A stretch of 64,000 nt of DNA from Mobula birostris (GCF_030028105.1 NC_092397.1:28983097-29047096); one strand, 5' to 3'; counted from the stretch's first letter, positions 26,905 through 40,259 are shown. The notes: a model not told the origin generated them from the letters alone. Numbers and translations: made by a program.

Positions 26905-27050
26905 GCAACACACACAGAAAATGCTGGTGAACGCAGCAGGCCAGGCAGCATCTATAGGAAGAGGTACAGTCGACGTTTCGGGCCGGGACCCTTCGTCAGG
27001 ACTCTGGTGCTAAATGTGGCCTGACTTGCTGGGTTCCTCCAGCATTTTGG
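26905..27050 (-). mobile_element. Penelope-derived short element with an intact minimal hammerhead motif
   Basis: Reverse strand AGTC-CTGACGA-A-GGGTCCCGGCCC-GAAAC-GTC-GACT at 26968-27003. Confidence 0.75.
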
Positions 27051-27469
27051 CCATCAAAATTAAACGACAGTTTCCATGTCATGTAACGCTGATAAATCTG
27101 ATTCTGATCCCAAGGAATAGAGGACAAAGGACATTGTCTGGCCAAATTCTGTGTTACTGAGAACCTCAGGTCCGGGAAACATCATTGGAAATCTTTTCTA
27201 CACTCTCCCCAGTTTAACCCCGTTTCCTATAACGGTGACGAGAGTTGTACACAAATCAGCAAGTGTGGCCTCCGGTCACTTACGCAACTCTATCATAATG
27301 TCCGAACTGATATACTCAATCCCCTGACTAATGAAGACCAGCATGTTACGTTCTGCATCACCCTGTCTACCAGTGATATCTCTTTCCATGACCCGTGTGT
27401 GCACTTTACCCCTAAATCTCTCCAGTCCATTCCACTCCTTAATGACCGATCGTTCACAGTGTAAGTTGA

Positions 27470-28315
27470 TTTAGGCAGGTTAGAAGAGTGGGCTGAAAGA
27501 ACGCAGATGGAGTTTAATGTTCATAAATGTGAGGTGCTATATTTTGTTTGGACTAATCAAAATAGGACATACATGGTAAATAGTAGAGCATTGAAGAATG
27601 CAGTAGAACAGAGGGATCGAGAAATAATGGTGCATAGTTCCTTGAAGGTGGAATCTCATGTTGATGGGGTGGTGAAGAAAGCTTTTGGTATGCTGGCCTT
27701 TATAAATCAGAGCATTGAGTATAGGAGTTGGTATATAATGTTGTAATTGTACAAGGCATTGGTAAGGCCAAATTTAGAGTATTGTGTATGGTTCTGGTCA
27801 CCGAATTATAGGAAAGATGTCAAAAAAATTGAGAGAGTACAGAGAAGATTTACTAGAATGTTACCTGGGTTTCATCTCCGAAGTTACAGAGAAAGGTTGA
27901 ACAAGTAGGGTCTTTATTCTTTGGAGCGTAGAAGATTGAGGGGGGACTTGATAGAGGTATTTAAAATTATGAGGGGGATAGATAGAGTTGATGTGGATAG
28001 GCCTTTTCCATTGACAGTGGGGGAGATTCAAACAAGAGGACATGAGTTGAGAGTTAAAGGGCAAAAGTTTAGGGGTAACATGACGGGGAACTTGTTTACT
28101 CAGAGAGTGGTAGCTCTGTGGAGTGAGCTTCCAGCAAAAGTGGTTGAGGCAGGTTCGATGTTGTCATTTAAAGTTAAATTCAATAGCTATATGGACAGGA
28201 AAGGAATGGAGGGTTATGGGCTGAGTGCAGGTTGGTGGGACAGGGTGAGAGTAAGAGTTTGGCACAGACTAGAAGGACCGAGATGGCCTGTTTCTGTGCT
28301 GTAATTGTTATATGG
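27470..28315 (+). mobile_element. CR1 3' fragment nested in an older minus-strand CR1 (~27150-28940)
   Basis: MEFNVHKCEV…RRLRGDLIEVFKIM…FTQRVV, with tail. Confidence 0.9.
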
Positions 28316-30569
28316 TTATAAGTTCTACACTGGTTTGACTTTCCAATATGCACCGCCTCACACTTAACTGTATTGAAATACATTTGCCACGCTGCGGCCC
28401 TCTTCCCGAAATGATCACGGTCCCCCTGTAATCTGCGACAATCTTCTTCGCTATCAAGAACATTTGCTGATCATATGTAAATCAAATATACAAATAACAA
28501 ATGCCGAGGCTCCAAACTCTGGCCCCTGCGGCTCACCGCTAATCACCAGTCTCCATTCTGTGAAACAACCTTCAAGCACAACCCTCTGCTTCCTACCACT
28601 AAGACAACTTTGAATCCAGCTGACTCGCTCACCCTGGATACAGTGGGGCCTAACCTTCCAGACCAGGCTGCCATGTGAGACTTTCTCCAAGGTCCATATA
28701 ATATCACATCTACCTTTTTACCCTCCTGCATCTTCAAAAACTCAGAGATTCTCCAACCACAACTCCCTGTGCACAAAGCCCTTATGATGCCTAATTCGCT
28801 ATTCAAATGCTGGTACATCGTGACTCAGAATCCACTCCAGTAGCTTCCCCACTACTGATGTCAGACTGACCTGCATGTAGTTCCCGGCTTGTCCTTGCAA
28901 ATAATGGAAAAACATTCGCCTCTTTCCATTCTCCAGGACTTTCATCAGTGGTTTCTACCTCCCGTGAAGTAATTGCTCAGGTCCGGAGGATTTATCCCCC
29001 ACCTAATGCATTGTATGGCCCTCCATTCTCTGCACACCCACGTACCTATCTGGGAGACTCTTGGATGCCTGTATTGTTCATCAGGCAAGGTGGTGCTGGT
29101 GACACACGGTGACAACGTGAACCAGCTCACAAAACATGTAGATACACTTCTTCTGAACTACTATCACTGCAAACTGCAGCCTGTAATTTCCATTTAAAGA
29201 CATGTACTTATAAACCATTTGAAGAAATGAGCAATTTTCTGAGCTCTTTGTTGTCTCTGCAAACTTGACTCTTAGAAATGCAGGTATGGCACCTTGAAGT
29301 TCGAAGTTCAAATTCCAAAGTAAATGTTTTATTAAAATACCCTACATATATGTCACCATGTACAAACCTGACATTTGTTTTCCTGTGGGCATAGTCAGTC
29401 AATCCAAGAAACTAACAGAATCAATGAAAGACTGCACCCAACGAGATGGACAATCAACCAATGTGCAAATGACAACAAACTGTGCAAATACCAAAGGAAA
29501 AAAATCAGAAATAACAATAATAACTTAATAAGGAATAAACATCGAGAACATGAGATGAAAAGTCAGTGAAAGCAATTCCATAGATAGTGGGAACAGTTCA
29601 ATGTTGGGATGAGTAAAGTTGAGTGAAGTTATCCCAACATATTCACATGCCTTTTGTACACTGGCCGTGATCAGTGAATGTGGTTAGTATCAGAATCAAA
29701 ATCAAGTTTATTAATACGAATATATGTCATGAACTTTGTTGTCTTGCTACAGCAGTACACTGCAATTTATTAAAAAAAAACAGTTAAAATAAGAACTATA
29801 CATTAAACTAAACAGTGTAAAAAGAGGATCAGGGAGGGGTGTGAGCCCGAAGATGAGAATGGGAAACATCATACCTGATCCATTCTTGCCTCTTTTACTC
29901 TTTTCATGTCTGAAAAATAAAACTTTTAGTATCTTCTTTTATATCATTTCCCAGCTTACTTTCGCAATTCATCTGTTCTCTCCAGGTTGCTATTGTAGTT
30001 GTCTTCTGTTGTTTTCTTAAGTTTCCTAATCCATTAATTTTTGTGATATTGTATGCCCTCTCATGTTCTTTTATGCTGCCTTTGTCTTCTGTTGTTAGTG
30101 ATATTTGCCTCATCCTCCCTTTCAAATACTCTTCTGTTTCTGCTGAGGGATGAACTGATCCTGCATCCGTCAAATTACTCCTGGAAACTCAAGTTTTTCA
30201 TACAAAGGTAATCTGCTTAATACTGGGGAAGTCAAAATGCCCGACTGCTGTAAGCCTGTTCCCATTACCCCTCTGTGTGACTTACCAACACGTCTGGTTC
30301 ATAATATCTCACCCTATCGGGAGACTGGCAGTATAATCCCATCAAAATCATCATACATCATTTTATTTAAAACCTCTACTTACAAGACCTTATCAAAACC
30401 CTCACTTATTACTGCAGTGTTGGTCTCCTTAATCAAAGATGCAACACCCCCCACACCTGAGTCTGAGAGAAGTGAAATGTCTTTGAAGCATGATAACTGT
30501 GTCCTTGTTGACAACTTCCATGTTCAATATGTACTCCAGCATCTGTGTGGCAAAACCGTGACTCTCAGG

Positions 30570-31370
30570 TAGACTTTAAATGTTTCCCCTTCACCTTAAA
30601 CAATTATCCTGTAGTTTTACACTCCCCTACCTTCACACATAGACTGGTCACCCAATGATTTTATAAACCTCTGAACGGTCACAGCTTCTTATCATCTAGG
30701 GAGAGAAAGAGAGTCCCAGCCTATCCAAGCTTCTGCTAATAATTCAAGGCCTCCAGAGTCAGTGACATCCTCATTAAACTTCCCTCCACACTGTCCAGCT
30801 TTGTGACATCCTTCCTGCAAATGGGTGAGCAGAACTGTGCACAATACAGTGTGGTCTCACTTTGACTTTTACAGTTGCCATATGACATCCCAAATTCTCT
30901 ACTCAATTCCCTGACCAATGAAGACAAATAGGACAAACACCATCTTCACCATCCTGACTACCTGTGTTGTCACTTTCAGTGAATGATGTTCCTGTATTCC
31001 ATGGTCTTTCTGTTCTGTAATACTCTCCAAGGGACAATAATTTACTGTGCAGGTCCTTCCCTGTTTGAACTTCTCATAATGCAACACCTCAGCCTTGTCC
31101 ATGTCAACATCCTTCTGCCATTCTTTGGCCAACTTCCCCAGTTCATCTCGATCCCATTGTACTCTCAGATAATCTTCACTGTCCACTCTACCACCAATGT
31201 TGTTGTCACCTGCAAACTCACTAATCACATTATCAACAATGACAGGGAAATTTTTAACATACATGACAAATGACAGTACCAGCACTGATCCCTGTGAATG
31301 TGACTGGTCAGAGGCCTCCAACCTGAATAACAAGCTGCCACGACCACCCTCTGTCTCCTTCCACCAAATC
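30570..31370 (-). mobile_element. Old CR1 RT fragment
   Basis: QGSVL…ISEFAGD…WQKDVDMDKAEVLH. Confidence 0.75.
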
Positions 31371-32012
31371 AATTTTGTGACGCTGATGTTAGGTAGTGTT
31401 GATGGACCAGTTGGATATCAGTTAGTGGAGAGGAGGAAGCTGTTCCTAAAACATTACGTGTGTGTTCAGGTTCCTGTACCTCTTCTCCAATGGTAATAAT
31501 AAAAAGGGGGCACATCCTGGATGGTCCAGAGAGCAGAGCAGATACAGACCTGACATGGGAGGTTTGAAGGGGAAAGTGAATCCATTTCATGGGACTGGTG
31601 AAGCAGATTGACTTGGAGAATTGATCAACAGGAGACATGGCCTTTCAGGAGAGCAGCAGCAGCCGGGTCTGTGATTCTGATGTACAGCAGGGGAGGGTGG
31701 AGACAAAGAGATCTGTAATCACTGGATTACTCCTGATGCCAAGTGCTGGTAAGGACAGGAACAGGAGGACAGGGCAGGTGGATGTGAGGATGAGGAGCTG
31801 GTACAGGAGAACAGGTTCAGGTTTCCAGCCACTGGGATCTCTGCTGGGGCAGAGGTGACCTGTAGAAGTGGGACAGGCTGGACTTGAACCAGCCGGGTCA
31901 AATATGGGCAGATTTGTTAATGTGTCGCAGGAGGATTGAAATGATTCATCAGTGGGTTGGGAACCAAAATAGTGGTGTGGCAGATGATAGCCCTTTACTC
32001 TGCCATGATAGT

Positions 32013-32253
32013 GGCTCCTAAAAGAGCCTTTTGTTGTGTTTAGTGGCAAGGCCGGGTTCAGGCGGGCTCCCCACAGAAGCATCGAGCCAGCTGGATGGTA
32101 ACTTACTCGGCGTGGGTGGCGCACAGGTTAGTGTCCTCGAAGAGCCCTACCAGGTAAGCCTCGCTCGCCCCCTGCAGGGCCATGACGGCCGAGCTCTGGA
32201 AACACAGATGGGTTTCGAAGTCCTGAGCGATCTCCCACACCAGGTGCTGGAAA
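32013..32253 (-). pseudogene. Histone H3 pseudogene (3' half + mutated stem-loop)
   Basis: Reverse strand encodes [45 protein letters not shown]…, internal deletion, TGA 32058-32060, stem-loop with a mismatch at 32013-32028. Confidence 0.92.
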
Positions 32254-32975
32254 GCCGAGGATCCAGCTGCACAAGGAGGGACAGAGGCCTAGGTTCTGTA
32301 GCTATTTTATCAGGACGAGGAATGATGGTGTTAAATGCTGGGCTCTAGTCAATAAACAGCATCCTGACATAGGTATTTGTATTGCCCAGGTGATCCAGTG
32401 CTGTGTGGAGAGCCACTGAGATCACATCTACCACAAACATGCTGTGGCGAGAGGCAAATTGCAGTGGGTCCCGGTCCTTCCTGGGACAGGTGTTCATTCT
32501 ATCCATGACCAACCTCTCAAAGCATTTCATAACCGGAGATGTGAGTGTGACTGGACAATAGTCGTTAAGGCAGCTCACACTGACCTTCTTGGGTTCCGGA
32601 GCAGTTGTTGCCCTTTTGAAGCAGGTCAGAACTTTTGACTGCAGCAGTGAGAGATTGAAAATGTCTTTGACCCCTTCCAGCAGTTGGTAGGCACAGGTTT
32701 TCAGAGCCTTACCAGGTACTCCAGTGGGCCCTGCTGCCCGGCGAGGGTTCAGCCTCTTGAAAGACAGCCTGATGTCGGCCTCCAAGACAGAGATCACAGG
32801 GTCATCAGGCGCTGCACGTATCCTCATAGCTGTGGCTTTATTCTTCCTCTGAAAGTGAGCATAAAAGGGGTTGAGCTGGTCTGGTTGTGAAGCCTCACTG
32901 CCATTCATGATGTTGGGTTTGCTTTGTAGGAAGTAATGGCTGCAACCCCTGCCAGAGTTGACGTGCATCTGATGC
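32254..32975 (-). mobile_element. Rex1/Babar LINE fragment abutting the H3 pseudogene
   Basis: ORF 32345-32968: LNPRRAAGPTGV…LNDYCPVTLTSPVMKCFERLV…DPLQFA…YVRMLFID. Confidence 0.9.
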
Positions 32976-33043
32976 AGGGAACGTCTGGAATTCTTTACCC
33001 AGTGGGCATGAGGTCTGGATCAATGGATGGGTTTAAAGAGGAA

Positions 33044-33128
33044 GGGGTGGCACAGGAGCATCATGGTCAGTGCAGTGGTGACAGTACCAGCGACCTGGGT
33101 TTAATTCCCACCGTTGTCTGTCAGGAGA
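33044..33128 (+). mobile_element. tRNA-derived SINE head
   Basis: ggggtggcac… with B-box-like GGGTTTAATTCC. Confidence 0.5.
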
Positions 33129-33460
33129 GCGGTTTGCATCTGGAATTCACTGCCTGCAGGGCTTGTGGGAATAAACAAACAGGACGTTCAAAGCCGAATT
33201 TGTCAGATCCTGCAGAGTCAGGTATAGTGGTTCCAAACCCTCCCCTCACCTCCCAGCAATGTTTAAAGTCCATGGTAGACAAGGTTAGTTTGTGTAATAA
33301 AGACACTCTTCAGTAAAAACACTGACACTGTATTTCAAACACACTGAGCTGCCAGAGCACAGCACCGGCCAGTGAAGACACAGACCAGTACAGCACACAG
33401 CTCTCCAATAGAGATTTAATAAAACACAATACTGACAGCCCAGAGCTGGACAATCCAGCA

Positions 33461-34020
33461 TTTCATTGCAACTCTGACCTATAAACATCATTACCCCATC
33501 TACAGTATTTCACTGTAACTCTGACCTATAAACATCATTACCCCATCTACAGTATTTCACTGTAACTCTGACCTATAAACATCATTACCCCATCTACAGT
33601 ATTTCATTGTAACTCTGACCTATAAACATCATTACCCCATCTACAGTATTTCACTGTAACTCTGACCTATAATCATTACCCCATCTACAGTATTTCACTG
33701 TAACTCTGACCTATAAACATCATTACCCCATCTACAGTATTTCACTGTAACTCTGACCTATAAACATCATTATCCCATCTACAGTATTTTACTGTAACTC
33801 TGACCTATAAACATCATTACCCCATCTACAGTATTTCACTGTAACTCTGACCTATAAACATCATTACTCCATCTACAGTATTTCACTGAAACTCTGACCG
33901 ATAAACATCATTACCCCATCTACAGTATTTCACTGTAACTCTGACCTATAAACATCATTACCCCATCTACAGTATTTCACTGTAACTCTGACCTATAAAC
34001 ATCATTACCTCATCTACAGT
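33461..34020. repeat. 47-bp minisatellite, ~12 copies
   Basis: Unit cactgtaactctgacctataaacatcattaccccatctacagtattt; actctgacc recurs at 33471, 33518, 33565 and onward. Confidence 0.95.
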
Positions 34021-34029
34021 ACACACTTC

Positions 34030-34950
34030 ATAATTTTGTATACCTCTATCTAATCTCACAACAATATTCTGCATTCCAAGAAATAAAATCCTAACCTATT
34101 TGATCTTTCCAGAGAACTCAGGTCCTTAAGTCCCAGGAACATCCTTGTAAATTTTCTCTGTACTCTTTCAAGCTTATTTACATCTTTCTTGTGGGTAGGT
34201 AAACAAAACTACACACAATACTCCAAATTAGGAGTCACCAATGTCTTACACAACTTCAACATAACATCCATCTCCTGCACTTTGCCCTTTGTAAATCGAA
34301 GTACCATGTGCCTAAACTTTCTTTTTGACTTTATCTATCTGTGATTCCACTTACTAGGAATTATGAATCTGTATTTCCAGATCTCTCAGTTTTAATGCAC
34401 TTTTCAGTGCCCGACTGCTCACCATGTAAGACCTACCCTGGTTTGTCCTCCGAAAATGCAACACCTCATCCTTGTCAGCATTAAATTCCAGCTGCTCCAG
34501 ATCACAGTGCAAGCTTTGAGCATCTTCCTCACTGTTCATTATACCTCCAATCCTGGTGTCATACAGAAAATTGTTGTCCCAGTTCACCACATTGTCATCT
34601 ATATCAAAGATCTGGATGATAAACAATGGACTCAGACTGATTCCTGTGGCACATCACCAGTCACAGGCCTCCCGTCAGAGAGGCAATCATCTACAACCAC
34701 TCTCGAACCTAACGCTTAATCCAATTTACTACCTCATCTTGATGCTGAATGACTGAACCTTCTTGACCAAGAACCCATGTGAGACCTTGTCAAAGGCGTT
34801 GCTGAAGCCCATGTAGGCTACATCCACTGCCTTGCATTCATCAACTTTCCTAGTAACTTCCTCAAAAAAACTCTACAAGAGTAGTTAGACATGACGTACC
34901 ATATACAAAACTATATTAACTATTCCCAATCAGTCCCTGTCTATCCAAAT
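34030..34950 (-). mobile_element. Old CR1 RT fragment
   Basis: EFNADKDEVLHFRRTNQGRSY; ccttgtcaaaggc (= AFDK). Confidence 0.75.
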
Positions 34951-35699
34951 AATTATATCTATGGTTGTTATATCTAGAGTTGATGCCTGGATCCAGAGCA
35001 AGTGGGCAAGGGACTAAACCAGTACTTCACATCAGTATTCATCAATGTGGTCATCGAGGATAGTGAGATCAGAGAAGGGAGCGATGCTGATATTCCAGGG
35101 CATGTTGTTCCTCAGGCAATAGAGACAAACCAGGAAATTATAGACTGGTGAGATTTGGATCAATGCTCGGGAAATACTCTTAGACGTAGGATCTCTCATA
35201 AAAGTTTGGAGGGTAAAATGAGGAAACCAGGATTTGGAAGGCAAAGTGAGCAAAATCCCAAGAGATTCTCTCGGTATATTCATAGGAAAAGGGAAGTTAG
35301 ACGGAAAATCATTCCCCATGGAGATGAACATGGCCTCGGTATGTGGAACCGAAGGAAATAGGAGAGGCTTTCCACGAATATTTCCAACAGTTATCTCACC
35401 ATTGAGAAAATGCGGAAGCTAAGGAAGTGACAGAAATGAGCTGCGATGTCTTAGACCACATTCAAATGGGCAGGGATCTGTATTTGAGGCCTTAAGATTC
35501 ATTAAGGTTGTTAAATCTCCAGGGTCTTATCAGGTACATTCTCGTACGTTGTGGGAAGCTAGAGAATACACTGTGGAGGCCAGGGGAGAGAGGGGACATG
35601 TTCAGCCAGATGGGATCAGTTGTGGTCAGTGCAGACACTGTGGGCTGAAGGGCCTTTCCCTGTGCTGGACTGTCCCACGTGTGTTGTGTGTTGAAACTC

Positions 35700-36340
35700 A
35701 GACGGACACTCACTGTTACCGGTCGGCAGGCAGGAAGAGAAGAAGCCGGTGTTCACAGTGGAGACGCAATCAGGTCCACCAGTCCGCTCCCACATCCACA
35801 TGGCAATGGCAGAGAACAAGGAGCAGCTCGTCTCATCACCTCTGTGGCCCATTCCGTCACCTGTCATTCTTCCAAAGGGCAGCAGGTTCAGACCGACCCT
35901 TCAGTTCAGTCGCTGCCGCCCCGCCGGGGGGAGGAAGCCTCACCTCCACCCCCGGGCCCAGGGCGCTCCCCCTTCCCACTCCGCGGCCCGTTGCCGAGGA
36001 AACGAGACTCACGCTCCATGTGCTTCTCTGTGACGTCACAAGCAGCGACTCGGCAACGGGACGGGAAGGCAGCGGCCCAGGAGGCGGGGCAGAGTGAGCT
36101 GTCAATCAGAGGAGCCGCTGGTAAAGCTGCAAATGGGTCAATGTACTCTTCATGGAAAAGGCCCGATCAGCGGGGGAAACCGCAACTCGACCCCGGGTCC
36201 AAAGCCCTCCCCGACCCTGGGGACTTTTCCAAGACTGCACTCTGGCTCTTGGACGTCTTTCCGCAAGATGCTGTCCTGTCACGTGACATCGCGGCCGCAG
36301 CCCGGGAGGAGGAGCGATGTAGCTGTCAATCAGAGGAGCG
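35700..36340 (-). promoter_or_regulatory. CpG-island promoter and putative non-coding first exon (locus B, paralog of 3300-3566)
   Basis: TGATTGACAG twice (36099-36108, 36323-36332), GTCACGTGAC 36278-36287, CRE 36031-36038, X-box GTTGCCGAGGAAAC 35990-36003, donor AACA|GTGAGT at 35713. Confidence 0.6.
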
Positions 36341-37170
36341 GCCCCGGGCCGTCACTGTGCTCAGAGGGATTTTGTTGTCAAACCTGTAACTGGAGGGAAA
36401 ATGAACCTCTTGTAAACGAAAACAATAAAGATGTGGAAAATGGAAATGAGCGAGGTACAGTATAAAACTAAACAGAAGGGAAAGCTAATGCTGAGATGTT
36501 TCGTATGAATCAATTTCAGACATTCCACCCTGCAAAAACTCATTTCAGAGAAATAGCATCACCATTTCAGGATTTCAGGGAGGTAGCACCGGCCCCGCTC
36601 CTCCAGCAAGCCCATATCCCCCCCACCCCCGGTCGACCTCCTAGGGCGCATGTATACGGGATATTTGATTATGAAAGAACACAACAATTTGACACATTTA
36701 GTAACTATTTACACACATACACATATATATGTATACATACATACACATATTCCTTGTTGAGTATTTTGTTGGCAATCTCAATGTTAATGCAAATAACTTT
36801 TCTATTTCTTTTGCAAACTTTCCTTGTGCTGTGCTGTGGCTCTGCTGAAAAGAACTGTGAAATACTTGAGCAGCCTTCCCTGCGATTAGCCTCCCTAATA
36901 TGTTATGGTCCCTAAAAAAAAGCATAAGGTGTATCCTTATTATATTGTCTTATGTAATACTTTGTTTAGTGATTTTGTCTAATCTGTAAACTGGGTATCT
37001 GCAGAAAATGTGACATTAAAATATGTACTTATAGATTATCATGGAGTCATTTTTTTTATTCTATTACAACTTTAAGCACGTGTACAGGGAGTTTGGCCTC
37101 GTCACATAGGACATCAATAGAGTTGCTCTTTAGCAGCTAGCCAGCTAGTTTAGATAACATTAGCTATGCT

Positions 37171-37780
37171 ACAGGAGCAGGGAGGTACTACTGCAGTTGT
37201 ACAAGGCCTTAGTGAGACCACACCTGGAGTATTGTGTGCAGTTTTGGTCCCCTAATCTGAGGAAAGACATTTTTGCCATAGAGGGAGTACAAAGAAGGTT
37301 CACCAGATTGATTCCTGGGATAGCAGAACTTTCATATGATGAAAGACTGGATCGGCTAGGCTTATACCCTCTGGAATTTAGAAGATTGAAGGGGTATCTG
37401 ATTGAAACGTATAAAATTCTAAAGGGATTGGACAGGCTAGATGCAGGAAGATTGTTTCCGATGTTGGAGAAGTCCAGAATGAGGGGTCACAGTTTGAGGA
37501 TAAAGGGGAGGCCTTTTAGGACCGAGATGAGGAAAAACTTCTTCACACAGAGAGTGGTGAATCTGTGGAATTCTCTGCCACAGGAAACAGTTGAGGTCAG
37601 TTCATTAGCTATATTTAAGAGGGAGTTAGATATGGCCTTTGTGGCTAAAGGGATCAGGGGGTATGGAGAGAAGGCAGGTACAGGGTTCTGAGTTGGATGA
37701 TCAGCCATGATCATACCGAATGGCGGTGCAGGCTTGAAGGGCCGAATGGACTACTCCTGCACCTATTTTCAATGTTTCTA
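37171..37780 (+). mobile_element. Young CR1 3' fragment
   Basis: ORF 37197-37691 is nearly identical to the C-terminus of ORF2 48599-51631. Confidence 0.95.
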
Positions 37781-38053
37781 ATGAACGAATGACGCCTGTT
37801 AAACTCACCTCAACATGCCTTTTACAGTCTTAATCCACCATGGGCAATAGAAAAGTCATTGTTGCAAACAGGGCAGCGAGCAACACTGTCGTTATTTTTG
37901 ACCTCTATTAGGCAGGAGTACACTTTAATGTAGTCTGCAGTGATGTAAGTTTTATATTTTCTTTTATTGAAACACTTTGCCATAGCGGTGCAGGACACGA
38001 AACTGAACTGATGGAGAGACAGAGGTCGACTGTAAAGCCCACCCACAGAGAAA

Positions 38054-39765
38054 TTGGATGTCCAGTCCCTATATACTTCCATCCCCCATCAGGAAGGTCT
38101 CAAAGCTCAACGCTTCTTTTTGGATTCCAAACCTAACCAGTTCCCCTCTACCACCACTCTGCTCCGTCTAGCGGAATTAGTCCTTACTCTTAATAATTTC
38201 TCCTTTGGTTCCTCCCACTTCCTCCAAACTAAAGGTGTAGCCATGGGCACCCGTATGGGTCCCAGCTATGCCTGCCTTTTTGTTGGCTTTGTGGAACAAT
38301 CTCTGTTCCAAACCTATTCTGGTATCTGTCCCCCACTTTTCCTTCGCCACATTTACGACTGCATTGGCGCTGCTTCCCGCACGCATACTGTGCTTGTTGA
38401 CTTCCTCAACTTTGTCTCTATCTCTGGAGACAGCTTATCTACTGATGTCTACTATAAGCCTACTGACTCTCACAGCTATCTGGACTATTCCTCTTCTCAC
38501 CCTGTCCCTTGCAAAAACGCCATCCCCTTCTCGCAATTCCTCCGCCTCCACTGCATCTGCTCTCAGGATAAGGCTTTTCATTCCAGGATGGAGGAGATGT
38601 CCTCCTTTCTTAAAGAAAGGGGCTTCCCTTCCTCCACCAGCAACTCGCCTCTCAAACGTCTCTCCCCCATTTCACGCACATCTGCTCTCACTCCATCCTC
38701 CCGCCCCCCCCCCCACTAGGAATGGAATAGGGTTCCCCTGGTCCTCACCTACCACCCCACCAACCTCCGAGTCCAACATATAATTCTCCTTAACTTCCGC
38801 CACCTCCGACGGGATCCCACCACCCAGCACATCTTTCTCTCCACACCCCCGCCAGGGATCGGTCCCTATGCGATGCCCTTGTTCATTCGTCCCCCTCAGC
38901 CCTCCCCTCTGATCTCCCTCCTGGCACTTACCCGTGTAAGTGGAACAAGTGCTACACATGCCTTTACACTTTCTCCCCTACCACCATTCAGAGCCCCAGA
39001 CAGTCCTTCCAGGTGTGGCGACCCTTCACCTGTGTGTCGGCTGGGGTGATATACTGTGTCCGGTGCTCCCGATGTGGCCTTTTATATATTGGCGAGACCC
39101 AACGCAGACTGGGAGATTGTTTCACTGAACACCTACGCTCTGTCCGCCAGAGAAAGCAGGATCTCCAAGTGGCCGCGCATTTTAATTCCACGTCTCATTC
39201 CCATTCTGACATGTCTATGCAAGGCCCCCTCTACTGTCAAGATGAAGCCACACTCAGGTTGGAGGAACAACACCTTGTATTCCTTCTGGGTAGCCTCCAA
39301 CCTGATGGCATGAACATCGACTTCTCTAACTTCCGCTAATGCCCCACCTTCCACGTGTACCCCATCCGTTATTTTTTTATATACACACATTCTTTTTCTC
39401 CCTCTCCTTTTTCTCCCTCTGTTCCCCTCACTATCCCCCTTGCCCATCCTCTGGTTTCTGCCCTCCCCCTTTTCTTTCTCCCTGGGCCTCCTGTCCCATG
39501 ATCCTCTCATATCCCTTCTGCCAATCAACTGTCCAGCTCTTGGCTCCATCCCTTCCCTCCTGTCTTCTCCTATCATTTCAGATCTCCCCCTCCCCCTTTC
39601 AAATCTCTTACTAGCTCTTCTTTCACTTTGTCCTGACGAAGGGTCTCAGCCCGAAACATCGACTGTTTCTCTTCCTAGAAATGCTGCCTGGCCTGCTGTG
39701 TTCACCAGCAACTTTTATGTGTGTTGCTTGAAATTCCAGCATCTGCAGATTTCCTCGTGTTAATG
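38054..39765 (+). mobile_element. 5'-truncated Penelope-like element (RT + GIY-YIG + hammerhead tail), 11-bp TSD
   Basis: DVQSLYTSIP…QTKGVAMGTRMGPSYA; VIYCVRCSRCGLLYIGET; CCACAGAGAAA at 38043-38053 and 39766-39776. Confidence 0.93.
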
Positions 39766-40259
39766 CCACAGAGAAAACTGATAGATCTACTTAGCACAAG
39801 GAGAGACCAATCAGGATGCTCGCTCCCACTGTCCCTCTCATTTCCGGGATATTGTATATAATTTGTGGGCGTTAGGGAGCTGCTATTAATATGCGGGAGA
39901 CTCCCGGAATTTCCGGTAGAGGTAGGATGTTTGCAACTGATTGCTGAGAATTTTAGCTTCATCGGTAAAGCACCGTGAGTCTAGGAGATGGTGCGAGAGT
40001 TAATGGCAAAAAATAAAGAGATAGTAGATTAACAAAGAGATTCAGGCACCCGTTTGATGATATTTGGTTTCCCACACCACTGCATACTGCGTGCTGTTCT
40101 GATGGACACACTGTAGGACAAACATGATTGCACTGTAATCTGTGACCTGGTGCTCTTGTCCCCATCCCCCTGCCAATCCCCGGGAGCAGAATGAACCTGC
40201 CGGACAGTGTAGAGCAGATTTACCAATTGTTGTCTGGGATGGAGCTCTTCCATTGTGAG

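Larger units (their letters stand above)
36607..39940 (-). mobile_element. hAT-like non-autonomous DNA transposon hosting nested CR1 and Penelope insertions
   Basis: N-terminal Zn-finger remnant ARCPVCNNDFSIAHGG (37822-37984); GC-rich subterminal motifs cgggagactcccggaatttccgg. Confidence 0.5.

Noticed and set aside
33044-33128. tRNA gene
   Set aside because: No complete cloverleaf; better explained as a decayed SINE head.
33461-34020. CRISPR-like array (also 46950-47212 and 53449-54350)
   Set aside because: Head-to-tail repeats with no unique spacers, no cas genes, vertebrate context.
35549-36465. 182- and 236-aa ORFs
   Set aside because: Stop-poor CpG island with no recognisable domain.
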